Assembly (NCBI GenBank): GCA_029574005.1
Contig: JAKQBR010000308.1
Span: 1-60,334, forward strand
DNA length: 60,334 bases
Direction: 5' to 3'
Source of the DNA: Deltaproteobacteria bacterium
GTDB taxonomy: Bacteria > Desulfobacterota > Desulfomonilia > UBA1062
In this document: piece by piece, positions 17,489 to 26,284 of the stretch
Numbering within the stretch: position 1 is the stretch's first letter
Layout of the letters: every line of letters starts with the position of its first letter
Program-made: the position numbers and the translations under genes
The notes under the pieces: model-generated
Seen by the model: only the letters and a program-made list of their open reading frames with translations
Databases searched by the model: none
Told to the model about the DNA's origin: nothing

Positions 17489-18598
17489 ATGAAAAGGCTA
17501 TCTATACTCATGGTTGCTGTCATGTTCTTCATCGCGGCATGTTCACAGAAGGACGGTGACAGCCGGCAGAATTCGACCGATACCAAGACATCTGCCCAGG
17601 AAACGTCCGCAATCGATTACTCCCGGTACGAAAACCTTGACGTGGATTCGTACGCTGATTTTAATTCACTGCCCGCCGATCTGAAGGAAGATGTCTATGC
17701 AAAGGCATTGCTCCTTGCCGGTCTGATGGATCGATCCAGAGGATGCAAAGAATGCAATGCTGTTTCCGCCGGCATCTATTCCACGATCAACTCGGTGGCC
17801 TGCCTGCTGTACCATTGCTGGAAGCCCATGGTCTCGTGCGTCATCGACGGAGAGTGCAGGACGCAGCTCATGTCTTTAGGCGACTGCGTTCTCAAAGGCG
17901 GCGACGCAATGATGCTGTGCTGTATCGACGTCTTTTCAAAGCCCAACGAGAAGCTCATGGCAATGATGTCGTCCCTGGGAGACAGCGGATGCATGCCTGA
18001 ACCCGTGCTGAACTGCGCCCTCCCCACGAACAGGAACCAGATCGCGCCCGTCTCCCTGGCGGACCTAGAAGGCGACTGGTATGTGGTGCGCGGATTGAGC
18101 CCCGTCTATGACTGCTTCAGCGGCCAGAGATATTCGTTCCACCAGATAAGCGAGACCGTATCGACGTACGACTATACCTACTTCCCGAAGGACAAGGGAA
18201 CCCCGACACTGATCAAATGCACCACCACCGCGATTCCTTTTGCCCCGGGCGAGACAGAGATCTTTCCGGGGCGCTTCCGCGTCAACTACACGGCCTATGG
18301 GATGCCGGGCGTTGACGACTGGTTCGTCCTGAGCCATCCAAAGAGAGATTACCTGCTGATATTCTACTGCGGGGCAAACGCCATGGACTCATACGTGGGG
18401 GGCATCGTGCTCAGCCGTTCGCTCGATACCGATATCCCCAAGGATATCCTGAATGCCTTTGAGGACGCGCTGGCCAATGCCGGCATCGCCGATCCGGTTT
18501 CGCTGGCGGATTTCTGCACCCCGGACAATTCGGGGATTACCTATGACGATACCGCTGAGAGCTGGGAATCGACCCTGTTTCTGTCCTCACTCTACTGA
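17489..18598 (+). CDS. Violaxanthin de-epoxidase (VDE)-like lipoprotein: Cys-rich N-domain plus lipocalin domain (369 aa)
   Basis: RBS AAGGAGG and lipobox FFIAAC. There are 11 Cys between residues 86 and 176 (ACLLYHC....C....C...). The lipocalin part (GDWYVVRGLSPVYDCFSGQRYSFH; DDWFVLSHPKRDYLLIFYCGANAMDSYVGGIVLSRS; FCTPDNS) matches, from memory, the plant VDE blocks [59 protein letters not shown] and TDNTCGPEP. Confidence 0.7.
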   Translation: MKRLSILMVAVMFFIAACSQKDGDSRQNSTDTKTSAQETSAIDYSRYENLDVDSYADFNSLPADLKEDVYAKALLLAGLMDRSRGCKECNAVSAGIYSTINSVACLLYHCWKPMVSCVIDGECRTQLMSLGDCVLKGGDAMMLCCIDVFSKPNEKLMAMMSSLGDSGCMPEPVLNCALPTNRNQIAPVSLADLEGDWYVVRGLSPVYDCFSGQRYSFHQISETVSTYDYTYFPKDKGTPTLIKCTTTAIPFAPGETEIFPGRFRVNYTAYGMPGVDDWFVLSHPKRDYLLIFYCGANAMDSYVGGIVLSRSLDTDIPKDILNAFEDALANAGIADPVSLADFCTPDNSGITYDDTAESWESTLFLSSLY

Positions 18599-18633
18599 CC
18601 TCATGCTCTGGTAAAAGTCAATCCAAAGGCCGC

Positions 18634-18685
18634 CCTTCACCAGGACAGCCCGTCCCTCCACGGGGTACGCTGTCCAGGTGAAGGC
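18634..18685 (+). terminator. Long hairpin after the VDE-like gene
   Basis: CCTTCACCAGGACAGC (18634-18649) pairs with GCTGTCCAGGTGAAGG (18670-18685): 15 of 16 pairs with one A:A mismatch. It lies 36 nt after the stop. The following T-tract is modest. Confidence 0.45.
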
Positions 18686-19231
18686 CTCTTTGGGAAGGGT
18701 GTCAACCGGATATGAACCAGGAGGCCCCTTGACGCCCCCGCCCCCCCCATGTCAGCTGTCATCCACTGTCGGCTGAGTAACGCATCATTTTCACAGAGCT
18801 TCCCTTTCGCCGCATCCACTGATGTCAGACGGCTAATCGCACCACCGCACTGCACGACGATGTGTACTGGGCGCGGGATGACGGTGTTCTCGGCACGCGT
18901 CGCCTTAGCGTCGAAGCAAACCATGGTCTGCTTCGAACCGGCGGCAGCGATCAACGCCGTAAGAGACGGAGATAGAATCATCATAGCTGCCATGAGCGAC
19001 AACACCTCATTCCCGCCTGAGGGAAGGACCCCCTCGCTCCCCATCGTAGTGTCCCGCCGGATCATACCCCCTCAGTGTACCAGCCCCCAACCTTAGGGGG
19101 CAAACACCATAGCTCTTGAGCCTATTCTATGGGACGCCAGCCATAGCAGGCCCAGCCTGGTTTTCCAAACCATCAGCAATTCATGTTTATTTTCAACTGG
19201 TTGTATTTTTATTACCGCAGCGCGCCGACAT

Positions 19232-19246
19232 TGGCACGCCTTTCGC
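19232..19246 (+). promoter_or_regulatory. Sigma-54-type -24/-12 candidate (TGGCACgccttTCGC)
   Basis: GG and GC have the canonical 12-nt offset. It lies ~40 nt upstream of the ATG at 19285. One mismatch in the -12 element. Confidence 0.3.
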
Positions 19247-19284
19247 TCTCTCCAGGGCAGCGAACGAAAAAGGAGGGCTTAAAC

Positions 19285-19557
19285 ATGAAGGCCAATGAAA
19301 ATCATATCTGTGAGATCTGCGGGAAGGCTGAAGCCGTAACCGAGTGCGAACACTGCGGCAAACATCTGTGCCGCGACTGCCGCAAGCTGGAGATCTGGGG
19401 CACGGGCGCCGAAGACCTGAGCGTGAAGTATTTCTGCCCGGATTGTAAGGAAAATCCGGATGTCAACCCATGGGGGGCTTATGACAAGGAGTTCGGCTTG
19501 GGCGACGTGCTGAACATCGTGAACAACGAAAAGGACCAGGCGCTGAAGGCCGCCTAG
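19285..19557 (+). CDS. Small zinc-ribbon/B-box-like protein with four CxxC pairs (90 aa)
   Basis: RBS AAAGGAGGG precedes MKANENH, so the track start at 19183 is an over-extension. Cys pairs: CEIC, CEHC, CRDC, CPDC. Confidence 0.55.
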   Translation: MKANENHICEICGKAEAVTECEHCGKHLCRDCRKLEIWGTGAEDLSVKYFCPDCKENPDVNPWGAYDKEFGLGDVLNIVNNEKDQALKAA

Positions 19558-19601
19558 GTGCATAACCCTTTTCGGATATGCGGGACGCAGGAGAGAAGAT
19601 T

Positions 19602-19796
19602 ATGGAAACCATGAAGAAATGGCTTAGAAACACAATCACCAACGCGTGGATCGGTAAAGCGACTAAGGCCGGCCTTGTCGAGGCCATGGACGAGCTGTAC
19701 TACACCTGGGGGTCTGAAGGCATGGGTCCTTTTGCAGGCGCTGCCCTGGTTGTCACGAAAGAGGACAAGAACTATCCCGTGAAGCTGGCCGCTTAA
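19602..19796 (+). CDS. Small hypothetical protein (64 aa)
   Basis: RBS GGAGAG before METMKKW. Follows the Zn-ribbon gene. No recognisable motif. Confidence 0.35.
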   Translation: METMKKWLRNTITNAWIGKATKAGLVEAMDELYYTWGSEGMGPFAGAALVVTKEDKNYPVKLAA

Positions 19797-20143
19797 AAAA
19801 GACGCCATGCCGCGCGGATCACTCCCCCGTACGGCATGGCGGGCGCCGGCGGCAGCCGGGACTAGTCACAGCGATTCAGCCCAGCGCCGGATGAATGAGA
19901 CCTGCCCCGCCCATCAGCAGGCCGCTTCTTCCGGCGGCTTTTGTTCTTTCCCAAAAAACACCGCGCAGATCGAAAGAACCACACACAGAATGTAATGCGG
20001 TCTGAGCCTCTAGGACTTACCCTCGTCGGCCATGATAGGCCAACAAATCCGGCCGGCACATGCGCAAACACTCCCGCGCCATGCAGGAACCCCCTCGACG
20101 GACCGCTTATCTGTCAGCCGTTTGAAAACCGATCAGGGATCGT

Positions 20144-20359
20144 ATGAGAGGGAAAGGCACCCCCATATCGGGGAAGGAGGCACGGCCGATCAAGGCCAAT
20201 TGCCTTGTCTGCCGGCATTTTTTCATCACCCACCACCCGCGCTTCCCGTACGGCTGCCGGGCCGCGCGTTTCAAGTCGCGCCTCTTGCCCTCCCAGGAGA
20301 TGCAGCGCAATTCCGGGCTGCCATGCCAGTTCTTTGAGGAAAAGGATCGGGAACACTGA
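20144..20359 (+). CDS. Small conserved-looking Cys-containing protein (71 aa)
   Basis: The core is CLVCRHFFITHHPRFPYGCRAARFKSRLLPSQEMQRNSGLPCQFF. I recall similar short proteins in many proteobacteria but cannot name the family. A good terminator follows. Confidence 0.4.
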   Translation: MRGKGTPISGKEARPIKANCLVCRHFFITHHPRFPYGCRAARFKSRLLPSQEMQRNSGLPCQFFEEKDREH

Positions 20360-20473
20360 ACGTACGCCTGCCGGAAAACGCCTTAGCACGAATTTTCTGT
20401 GGGGGGGGTTATGCTTTTAGGAAGCGCGACGATAAGGATGGTACACCGAGAGACCTGCACCTACGAGAGGCGG

Positions 20474-20510
20474 GCCAGGCAGCTTGATACTGCCTGGCTT
20501 TGTTTCGTTT
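20474..20510 (+). terminator. Rho-independent terminator
   Basis: GCCAGGCAG (20474-20482) and CTGCCTGGC (20490-20498) form a 9-bp stem, followed by TTTGTTTCGTTT. Confidence 0.6.
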
Positions 20511-21012
20511 ATGAGGCATCGGTCTCGTAGCAGGCCACGATCTCGCCGAAGTACAGGGTATGGTAGTCTTTGGCCGGATAGAGCTCTTCCAGCGCCTTAT
20601 CGAGCAGGGCCGGATTCATGGGCGCCCTAAAGCGGATCAGACATTCGAGGTGGATGCCCTTGAGCTTGATTACCGGGGACACGGTCTGTTTGGCCGCCAT
20701 GGGGACCAGGCCAAGGGCCTCAAACTTGTCCACATTGCGGCCCGATTTGGTGCCGCAGAACATAAGGGCCTCCTTCATATCCGACGTCGGCACCGAAACG
20801 GTGAAATCCGAGGCCTTTTCTATGATGGTGAAGGTATGGCGCGAATCACGCACGGCTACCATGAAGACCGGCCGCTGCCAGATAATCCCGATCAGCCCCC
20901 AGCCGATGGTCATGGCGTTCAGGGACTCGCCCGCCTTGACGGTCAAAAAGGCCCCTTTCTGGATCCGGGCCATCAATGTCTGGGATACCGCAAAAGGGTC
21001 GCACTCTTTCAT
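20509..21012 (-). CDS. Flavin reductase-like FMN-binding split-barrel protein (167 aa)
   Basis: RBS GGAGAGGAG. Motifs GAFLTVKAG..LNAMTIGWG, MVAVRDSRHT and GTKSGRNVDKF are typical of the flavin reductase domain family. Confidence 0.75.
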   Translation of the reverse strand: MKECDPFAVSQTLMARIQKGAFLTVKAGESLNAMTIGWGLIGIIWQRPVFMVAVRDSRHTFTIIEKASDFTVSVPTSDMKEALMFCGTKSGRNVDKFEALGLVPMAAKQTVSPVIKLKGIHLECLIRFRAPMNPALLDKALEELYPAKDYHTLYFGEIVACYETDAS

Positions 21013-21190
21013 GGTCAGCTCCTCTCCGTGTCAAAGGGTTTCGAAAAACCATAACCGTTCAAAAATGATAATGCAAGACCCTACGCACCCCGGGTTGACG
21101 GCCCGATTCAAGTGTCTTTGATAATCGGCCGAATATGCATATGATTTCTATGCGATAGAAAAGAACGATCGCGCAGGAAAGGCTGACGGC

Positions 21191-22036
21191 ATGGCATACA
21201 ACATTTTAATCGTGGACGATTCCACCGTCGTAAAGGCGGTCATGGTCAATGCCCTGGGCCAAAGCGGCATCCCCATTCATGAGATCTTTGATGCCGCCAA
21301 CGGCCAGGATGCCCTGAAGATCCTCGATTCATCCCCCATCGATCTGGTGTTTGCGGATATCAACATGCCGGTCATGGGTGGCGTGGAACTGGTGGAGCGC
21401 ATGCATGCCGACGAGCGTCTGAAGGGTATCCCGGTGATCATCATTTCCACCGAGGGCAGCGCCACCCGGATGGAATACCTCAGGGAAAAGGGCGTCAGGG
21501 CCTATGTGCGCAAGCCCTTCACCGCGGAACAGATCCATGCGGCCGTCAGGACGGTGATGGACAGCATGCCGAACAGGCTTGAGGACAATCTGGCACACGC
21601 GCTTGAGTCCGTCATCAAGACCATGGCGTCACTGCCGGTCGAGACCGTGGACCCGCGCGATCTGCCGGAGATGGAGGCCCCCCTGCTGCACGCGCATATC
21701 GGCTTTGCCGGGAAGGAATCGGGCGAGATCGGGCTGCTCTTCGACCCTGACCTGGCAACGCTTCTAGCCGCGCGCATTCTCGGTCTCGAAGACAAGGGCC
21801 AGCTCCTGGACGATATGATCGAGGACGCGATCAAGGAGCTGCTCAATGTGGCATGCGGGCAGTTTCTGACCATGTCCTTCGGCGAAACCCCGGTATTCTC
21901 CCTTACGGTCCCGCATGTCTTCCCGTTGGGCGTACCCGCCTGCCGCGCCTTGCTCAAGGGTCCCCGCGTGAGGGCCTTTCTGGTCAACGGCTATACCCTG
22001 CTCGGCCACACCCGCATCAAGCCTGCGTCCCCGTGA
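21191..22036 (+). CDS. CheY-like receiver fused to a CheX-like domain (281 aa)
   Basis: REC motifs ILIVDDS, DLVFADINMP and YVRKPF. The C-terminal half has the size and pattern of a CheX-type chemotaxis phosphatase. Confidence 0.7.
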   Translation: MAYNILIVDDSTVVKAVMVNALGQSGIPIHEIFDAANGQDALKILDSSPIDLVFADINMPVMGGVELVERMHADERLKGIPVIIISTEGSATRMEYLREKGVRAYVRKPFTAEQIHAAVRTVMDSMPNRLEDNLAHALESVIKTMASLPVETVDPRDLPEMEAPLLHAHIGFAGKESGEIGLLFDPDLATLLAARILGLEDKGQLLDDMIEDAIKELLNVACGQFLTMSFGETPVFSLTVPHVFPLGVPACRALLKGPRVRAFLVNGYTLLGHTRIKPASP

Positions 22037-22569
22037 TGCAGGCCTGGTTCGCGCGGACCGTGGTGTGGATCATCGCCCACAGCCCGGGGCAGGCCGGTCC
22101 CTCGGTTGTCCAACTTTGCAGGTATTGTTTCTGAACAAGTGCTTTCACTCATTCAACAGCCATGTGAACCGCACTGGTGATGTCGGGCTTGATATCGAAT
22201 TTCAAGAAGTCCTTCATCTCCGATCGTTTGGACACGGGAGATCTGACTCCCAGCTTCATCCGCGCCGGGGCCGGTAATGCCGCCAGCGCCTTGCGGCCGC
22301 TGCCGGCCTTCGACAGTCTGGCCGGTGGGGCCGGCGCTAGTGACAAGATCATCCTCAAACGCACCGACGCCGCCTGGACATACCCCTATCACCTTGCGGC
22401 CTGTCGCGGACAGCTGCCTGGTCGATCGTCGCATCTCGATCAAGAGCGTTGCGCCGCCTCGACCGGGAGGAACCTTACACCCCGATCTTGACAAGAGCCT
22501 CGCGAAAGCTATCTTAACCGCTCAGACCTCACTGTGCAAACCTTTTAACCGCGAAAGGAGGGCACCGCT

Positions 22570-22974
22570 ATGCAGGAACAATGGCGCAACCGTTTCAAGG
22601 AAGTCCGGTCAATGTTCTGGAACACGGTCGAATCCCTGGCGATACAAGGCGTTGCGATGCAGCAGGCCGTCAAGGGGTTCATCCCCGGTCTCGCACCGAC
22701 CCCCGCGGCAGCGAACCATGTCGATGACCGCAGGCTTATGCGGCGCCTGCGCATGGACCGCACGGTATCTTTCTGGACTGAGGGCATGGAACCCCGCCAG
22801 GCTCGGCTCATCAACTTAAGTCGGAGCGGGATGTACATCGAGACCGACGCACCACTGGATCCAGGCCGTGAAACAAAGATCATGCTGCCCGTTTTGATGG
22901 CCAAGAATTTTCCCAGCGTGACCGGCCGGGTGGTCCGCAGGGCTGCCCACGGCATGGCCATTCAGCTGCAGTGA
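22570..22974 (+). CDS. PilZ-domain protein (134 aa)
   Basis: RBS AAAGGAGGG. It has the RRLMRRLRMDR (RxxxR) and NLSRSGM (D/NxSxxG) c-di-GMP-binding signatures. Confidence 0.65.
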   Translation: MQEQWRNRFKEVRSMFWNTVESLAIQGVAMQQAVKGFIPGLAPTPAAANHVDDRRLMRRLRMDRTVSFWTEGMEPRQARLINLSRSGMYIETDAPLDPGRETKIMLPVLMAKNFPSVTGRVVRRAAHGMAIQLQ

Positions 22975-23482
22975 GGCAGGGACGGGGGCCGATGACCCCC
23001 TATGAACCGAAACACGGCCCTTCAGGGTGTTTATCCTTCTTAAGGAAGGTCGGAGACGCCCGATGACGTGCTCCCCTGCACTGGGTCCTGGCTTCCTGCC
23101 TCTGCCACCCAACCTAACACCGGCCTTGATTCTCCAACAATTCCGGCGCGATCCCCAAAGCCGTGGCCGTGCGCAACGTGGTCTTGACGGGCGCCTTTTC
23201 TGAAACCGGAGCGGGCGTTGTCTGTTCCGCGACGCCATCTTCTATGCCTGCGAGGGAAACCATGACAAACACTCGTCGTGGCCTCTGCCGGATCATGAGG
23301 CATCTTTTCTGAGCCATCTCTCGCGTTCCTTCCCTGCCTGATGTATTACGCATTGTTTCTCCCGGTTGAAGACCCTTTTTGCGTGACACAGTCCTATACG
23401 GTGCGGCGCGGGTTGACAAACCGCGCCGCGCTGTGCTGGTATGCGCATGCACAGACGCCGCAACCACGGCAGGAGATGACCC

Positions 23483-23947
23483 ATGTTCGATATCGTCAAA
23501 CGCCTGATGGGGCAGGACAAGGAGCCAGCGGAATCCGGCGGCGCGCCGTCCGGCTCTGACCGCATCCTTATGGCCGCCTGCGCCCTCTTATTGGAGATGG
23601 CGGCCATCGACGGTGAGTTCAGCGCCGAAGAGCAGCAGGCCGTGCTGGCCATCATGCGGCAGGACTACGGCGTGGATGCGCATGCGGCCTCCGACATCAT
23701 GGCGGCGGCCCAAGCCGAGCGGGCGCGCAGCATCGACCTGTGGCGTTTCACCAACATCATCAACCAGCACTACAGCAAGGCCGACAAGCTCCGCGTGATA
23801 GAGACCATCTGGAAGGTCGTATACACCGACGGCAGGCTGCACGGCCACGAAGACCACCTCGTGCACACCCTGGCCACGTTGCTCAACCTTTCACACCCTG
23901 AGCTGATCGCGGCCAAGCTGCGCGTCAAGAAGGCCCAAGGGTTCTAG
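23483..23947 (+). CDS. TerB-family (tellurite-resistance-like) protein (154 aa)
   Basis: Motifs LLLEMAAIDGEFSAEEQ and VVYTDGRLHGHEDHLV are typical of the TerB/co-chaperone DjlA N-domain fold family. Confidence 0.6.
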   Translation: MFDIVKRLMGQDKEPAESGGAPSGSDRILMAACALLLEMAAIDGEFSAEEQQAVLAIMRQDYGVDAHAASDIMAAAQAERARSIDLWRFTNIINQHYSKADKLRVIETIWKVVYTDGRLHGHEDHLVHTLATLLNLSHPELIAAKLRVKKAQGF

Positions 23948-24047
23948 CGGCGCCCAAGGCCATGGGTGCCCGCTTTCCCTCCTTGACAGGCGCCCTGCGG
24001 GATGGTTATGTGCGGAAGATACTAAGCAGCTCACGGGGGGGCGACGC

Positions 24048-24587
24048 ATGCGATCATATGTGGTATTTTCATCCATGGGGCCAGACCGGCCCGGACTGGC
24101 CAAGGAAATCGCCGAGTTCTTCACGGCCCGCGGCATCAACATCGAACGCTCGCGCGGCTGTGTCTTGGGCAACGAGTTCGGCATGATCATCCTCACCTCG
24201 GGACTGACCGAAGACATCGAGCGCTTCATCGGCGAGCTCCCCAGCCTGAGGGAAAAGACCGGGCTCGAGATCCATGTGCGCAAGACCAAGGCGCCCAGCC
24301 ACCGCGAGGTGCTGCCGTCCATCCCGTACAAGCTCACGGCCACCTCCATCGACCACCCCGGCATCGTGCACCAGATCTGCAAGACCCTCCTGCAGAGGAA
24401 CATCAACATCGACGACATCGCCAGCACGGTGGACAACAACCCGGTCACCGGGGCCAACGTGTTCTCCATGGTCTGCTACTTCGCTCTGCCGCCCGCGGCC
24501 AAGATCAGCGACCTGAAGAGCGACTTCAACCGCCTGGGCGACGAGTACAACATCGATATCCGCTTCGAAGCCATCCTGAACCGCTGA
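24048..24587 (+). CDS. GcvR-like tandem ACT-domain protein (179 aa)
   Basis: Two ACT-like units: [29 protein letters not shown] and [28 protein letters not shown]. Lies immediately upstream of fhs. Confidence 0.6.
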   Translation: MRSYVVFSSMGPDRPGLAKEIAEFFTARGINIERSRGCVLGNEFGMIILTSGLTEDIERFIGELPSLREKTGLEIHVRKTKAPSHREVLPSIPYKLTATSIDHPGIVHQICKTLLQRNINIDDIASTVDNNPVTGANVFSMVCYFALPPAAKISDLKSDFNRLGDEYNIDIRFEAILNR

Positions 24588-24595
24588 AGACCGCT

Positions 24596-26269
24596 ATGGG
24601 CACACGCGACAAACACAGCCAAGAACCAGCCATCCGGCCCATCATCGACATCGCGGCCTCCATCGGACTTACTGAAGACGACCTGGAAACCTACGGCCGC
24701 TACAAGGCCAAGGTGAGGCTGGAGACCATAAGGCGCCTGAAGCGCCGCGAGAACGCCAACCTGATCCTGGTCTCGGCCATGACGCCCACGCCGGCCGGCG
24801 AAGGCAAGACCACGGTTTCCATCGGGCTGACCCAGGCCCTGGCGCGGCTTGGCAAAAAAACCGTGGCGGCGCTGCGCGAACCGTCCCTGGGCCCGGTCTT
24901 CGGCATCAAGGGCGGGGCCACGGGCGGCGGCAGGTCGCGCGTGCTGCCCATGGAAGACATCAACCTGCACTTCACCAACGACTTCCCGGCCGTGGAGAGC
25001 GCCCACAACCTCCTCTCCGCCATCCTGGACAACACCATCTTCCACGGCAACCCCTTGAACATCGACCCGCGCAAGGTCACCTGGCGCCGGGTGCTGGACA
25101 TGAACGACCGTTCGCTGCGCGACATCGTGATCGGCCTGGGCGGCTCCACCAACGGCGTGCCGCGCGAGACCGGCTTCGACATCGTTCCGTCGAGCGAGAT
25201 CATGGCCATCCTGTGCCTGTCGCGCTCGTACAAGGAGCTGTAGGACAAGATCCGCAAGATCCTTGTAGGCTTTACGTATGACGACAAGCCCGTGGCCGCC
25301 GGCGACCTCAAGGTCGAGGGCGCGGTGACCTCGCTCTTGAAATACGCCCTGCTGCCCAACCTGGTGCAGACCACCGAGGGCGTGCCCGCCATCCTGCACG
25401 GCGGGCCGTTCGCCAACATAGCCCAGGGCACCAACAGTATCATGGCCACGGACCTGGCCTTGAAGCTCTCCGATTTCGTGGTCACCGAGGCCGGCTTCGG
25501 CTTTGACCTGGGCGCGGAGAAGTTCTTCGACATCGTGGCGCGCTACGGCGAACTGAACCCCAAGGTCGTGGTCCTCGTGGCCACGGTGCGGGCGCTCAAA
25601 TACCACGCCGGCGTGGCGCGCGAGGACCTGAACATTCCCAACCCCCGCCTGGCGGTCCTGGGCCTAGCCAATCTGCGCAAGCACTACGAGAACATCGCCA
25701 AGTTCGGGGTGGAATGCATCATCGCCTTGAACCGCTTCAGCTCGGATACGGACGATGAGATCAAGGCCGTGGTCGAGGCCTGCGAGAACGAGGGCATGAA
25801 CATAGCTCCGGCCGACATCTTCGAACATGGCGGCGAAGGCGGCCTGGAGCTGGCCGAAAAGACCGTCCGCCTGGCCGAGAGCGTGAAGACCGCCTACCGC
25901 CCGCTCTATGACTGGAACAGCCCGGTGGAGGACAAGATCTTTACCGTGGCCAGCGAGATCTACGGGGCCGTCTCGGTCGACTACCAGCCCCTGGCCAAAC
26001 GCAACCTCGACCTCATCAAACGCTTTGGCTACGACAAGCTGCCGGTGTGCATCGCCAAGACCCAGCAGTCGCTCTCGGACAACCCCGCGCTTTTAGGCCT
26101 GCCGTCGGACTTCATCGTCACGGTCAGAGAGATCAAGATCGCCTCCGGGGCCGGTTTCCTCATCCCCATCACGGGCGAGATTTTGCGCATGCCCGGGCTC
26201 TCCAGGGTGCCTGCCGCCTACGGCATCACGATCGACGATGACGGCAATATCACCGGCATCAGCGGGTAA
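24596..26269 (+). pseudogene. fhs: Formate-tetrahydrofolate ligase interrupted by one in-frame TAG (25241-25243)
   Basis: ORFs 24596-25243 and 25292-26269 are in the same frame. Together they read as a full-length FTHFS ([52 protein letters not shown]). The TAG sits in ..SYKEL*DKIRKILVG.., where FTHFS sequences I recall have Lys (AAG to TAG is one substitution). Confidence 0.9.
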
Positions 26270-26284
26270 GGGAAGGACGCTCCC

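Noticed and set aside
18750-18830. Cobalamin-riboswitch-like stretch on the minus strand (..AAAGGGAAGCTCTGTGAAAATGA....CAGCCGACAGTGG..).
   Set aside because: The resemblance to the GGGAA / GTGAAAATCC / GCCACTG core is only partial, and I found no B12-box. No gene lies downstream on that strand.
22140-22500. Mutually overlapping ORFs between the CheY-CheX and PilZ genes: 22149-22364 (-), 22153-22494 (-), 22177-22491 (+).
   Set aside because: None has a recognisable motif or a convincing RBS. GC3 is high in more than one frame, so I cannot decide which, if any, is real.
25241-25243. Reading the fhs TAG (and the TAG in the BTAD relic at 27377) as evidence for pyrrolysine or genome-wide amber recoding.
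   Set aside because: TAG is used as an ordinary stop by several confident genes here (stops at 1159, 11471 and 12937). No pyl genes or methylamine methyltransferases are in the window. Kept only as a minor alternative in the finding.
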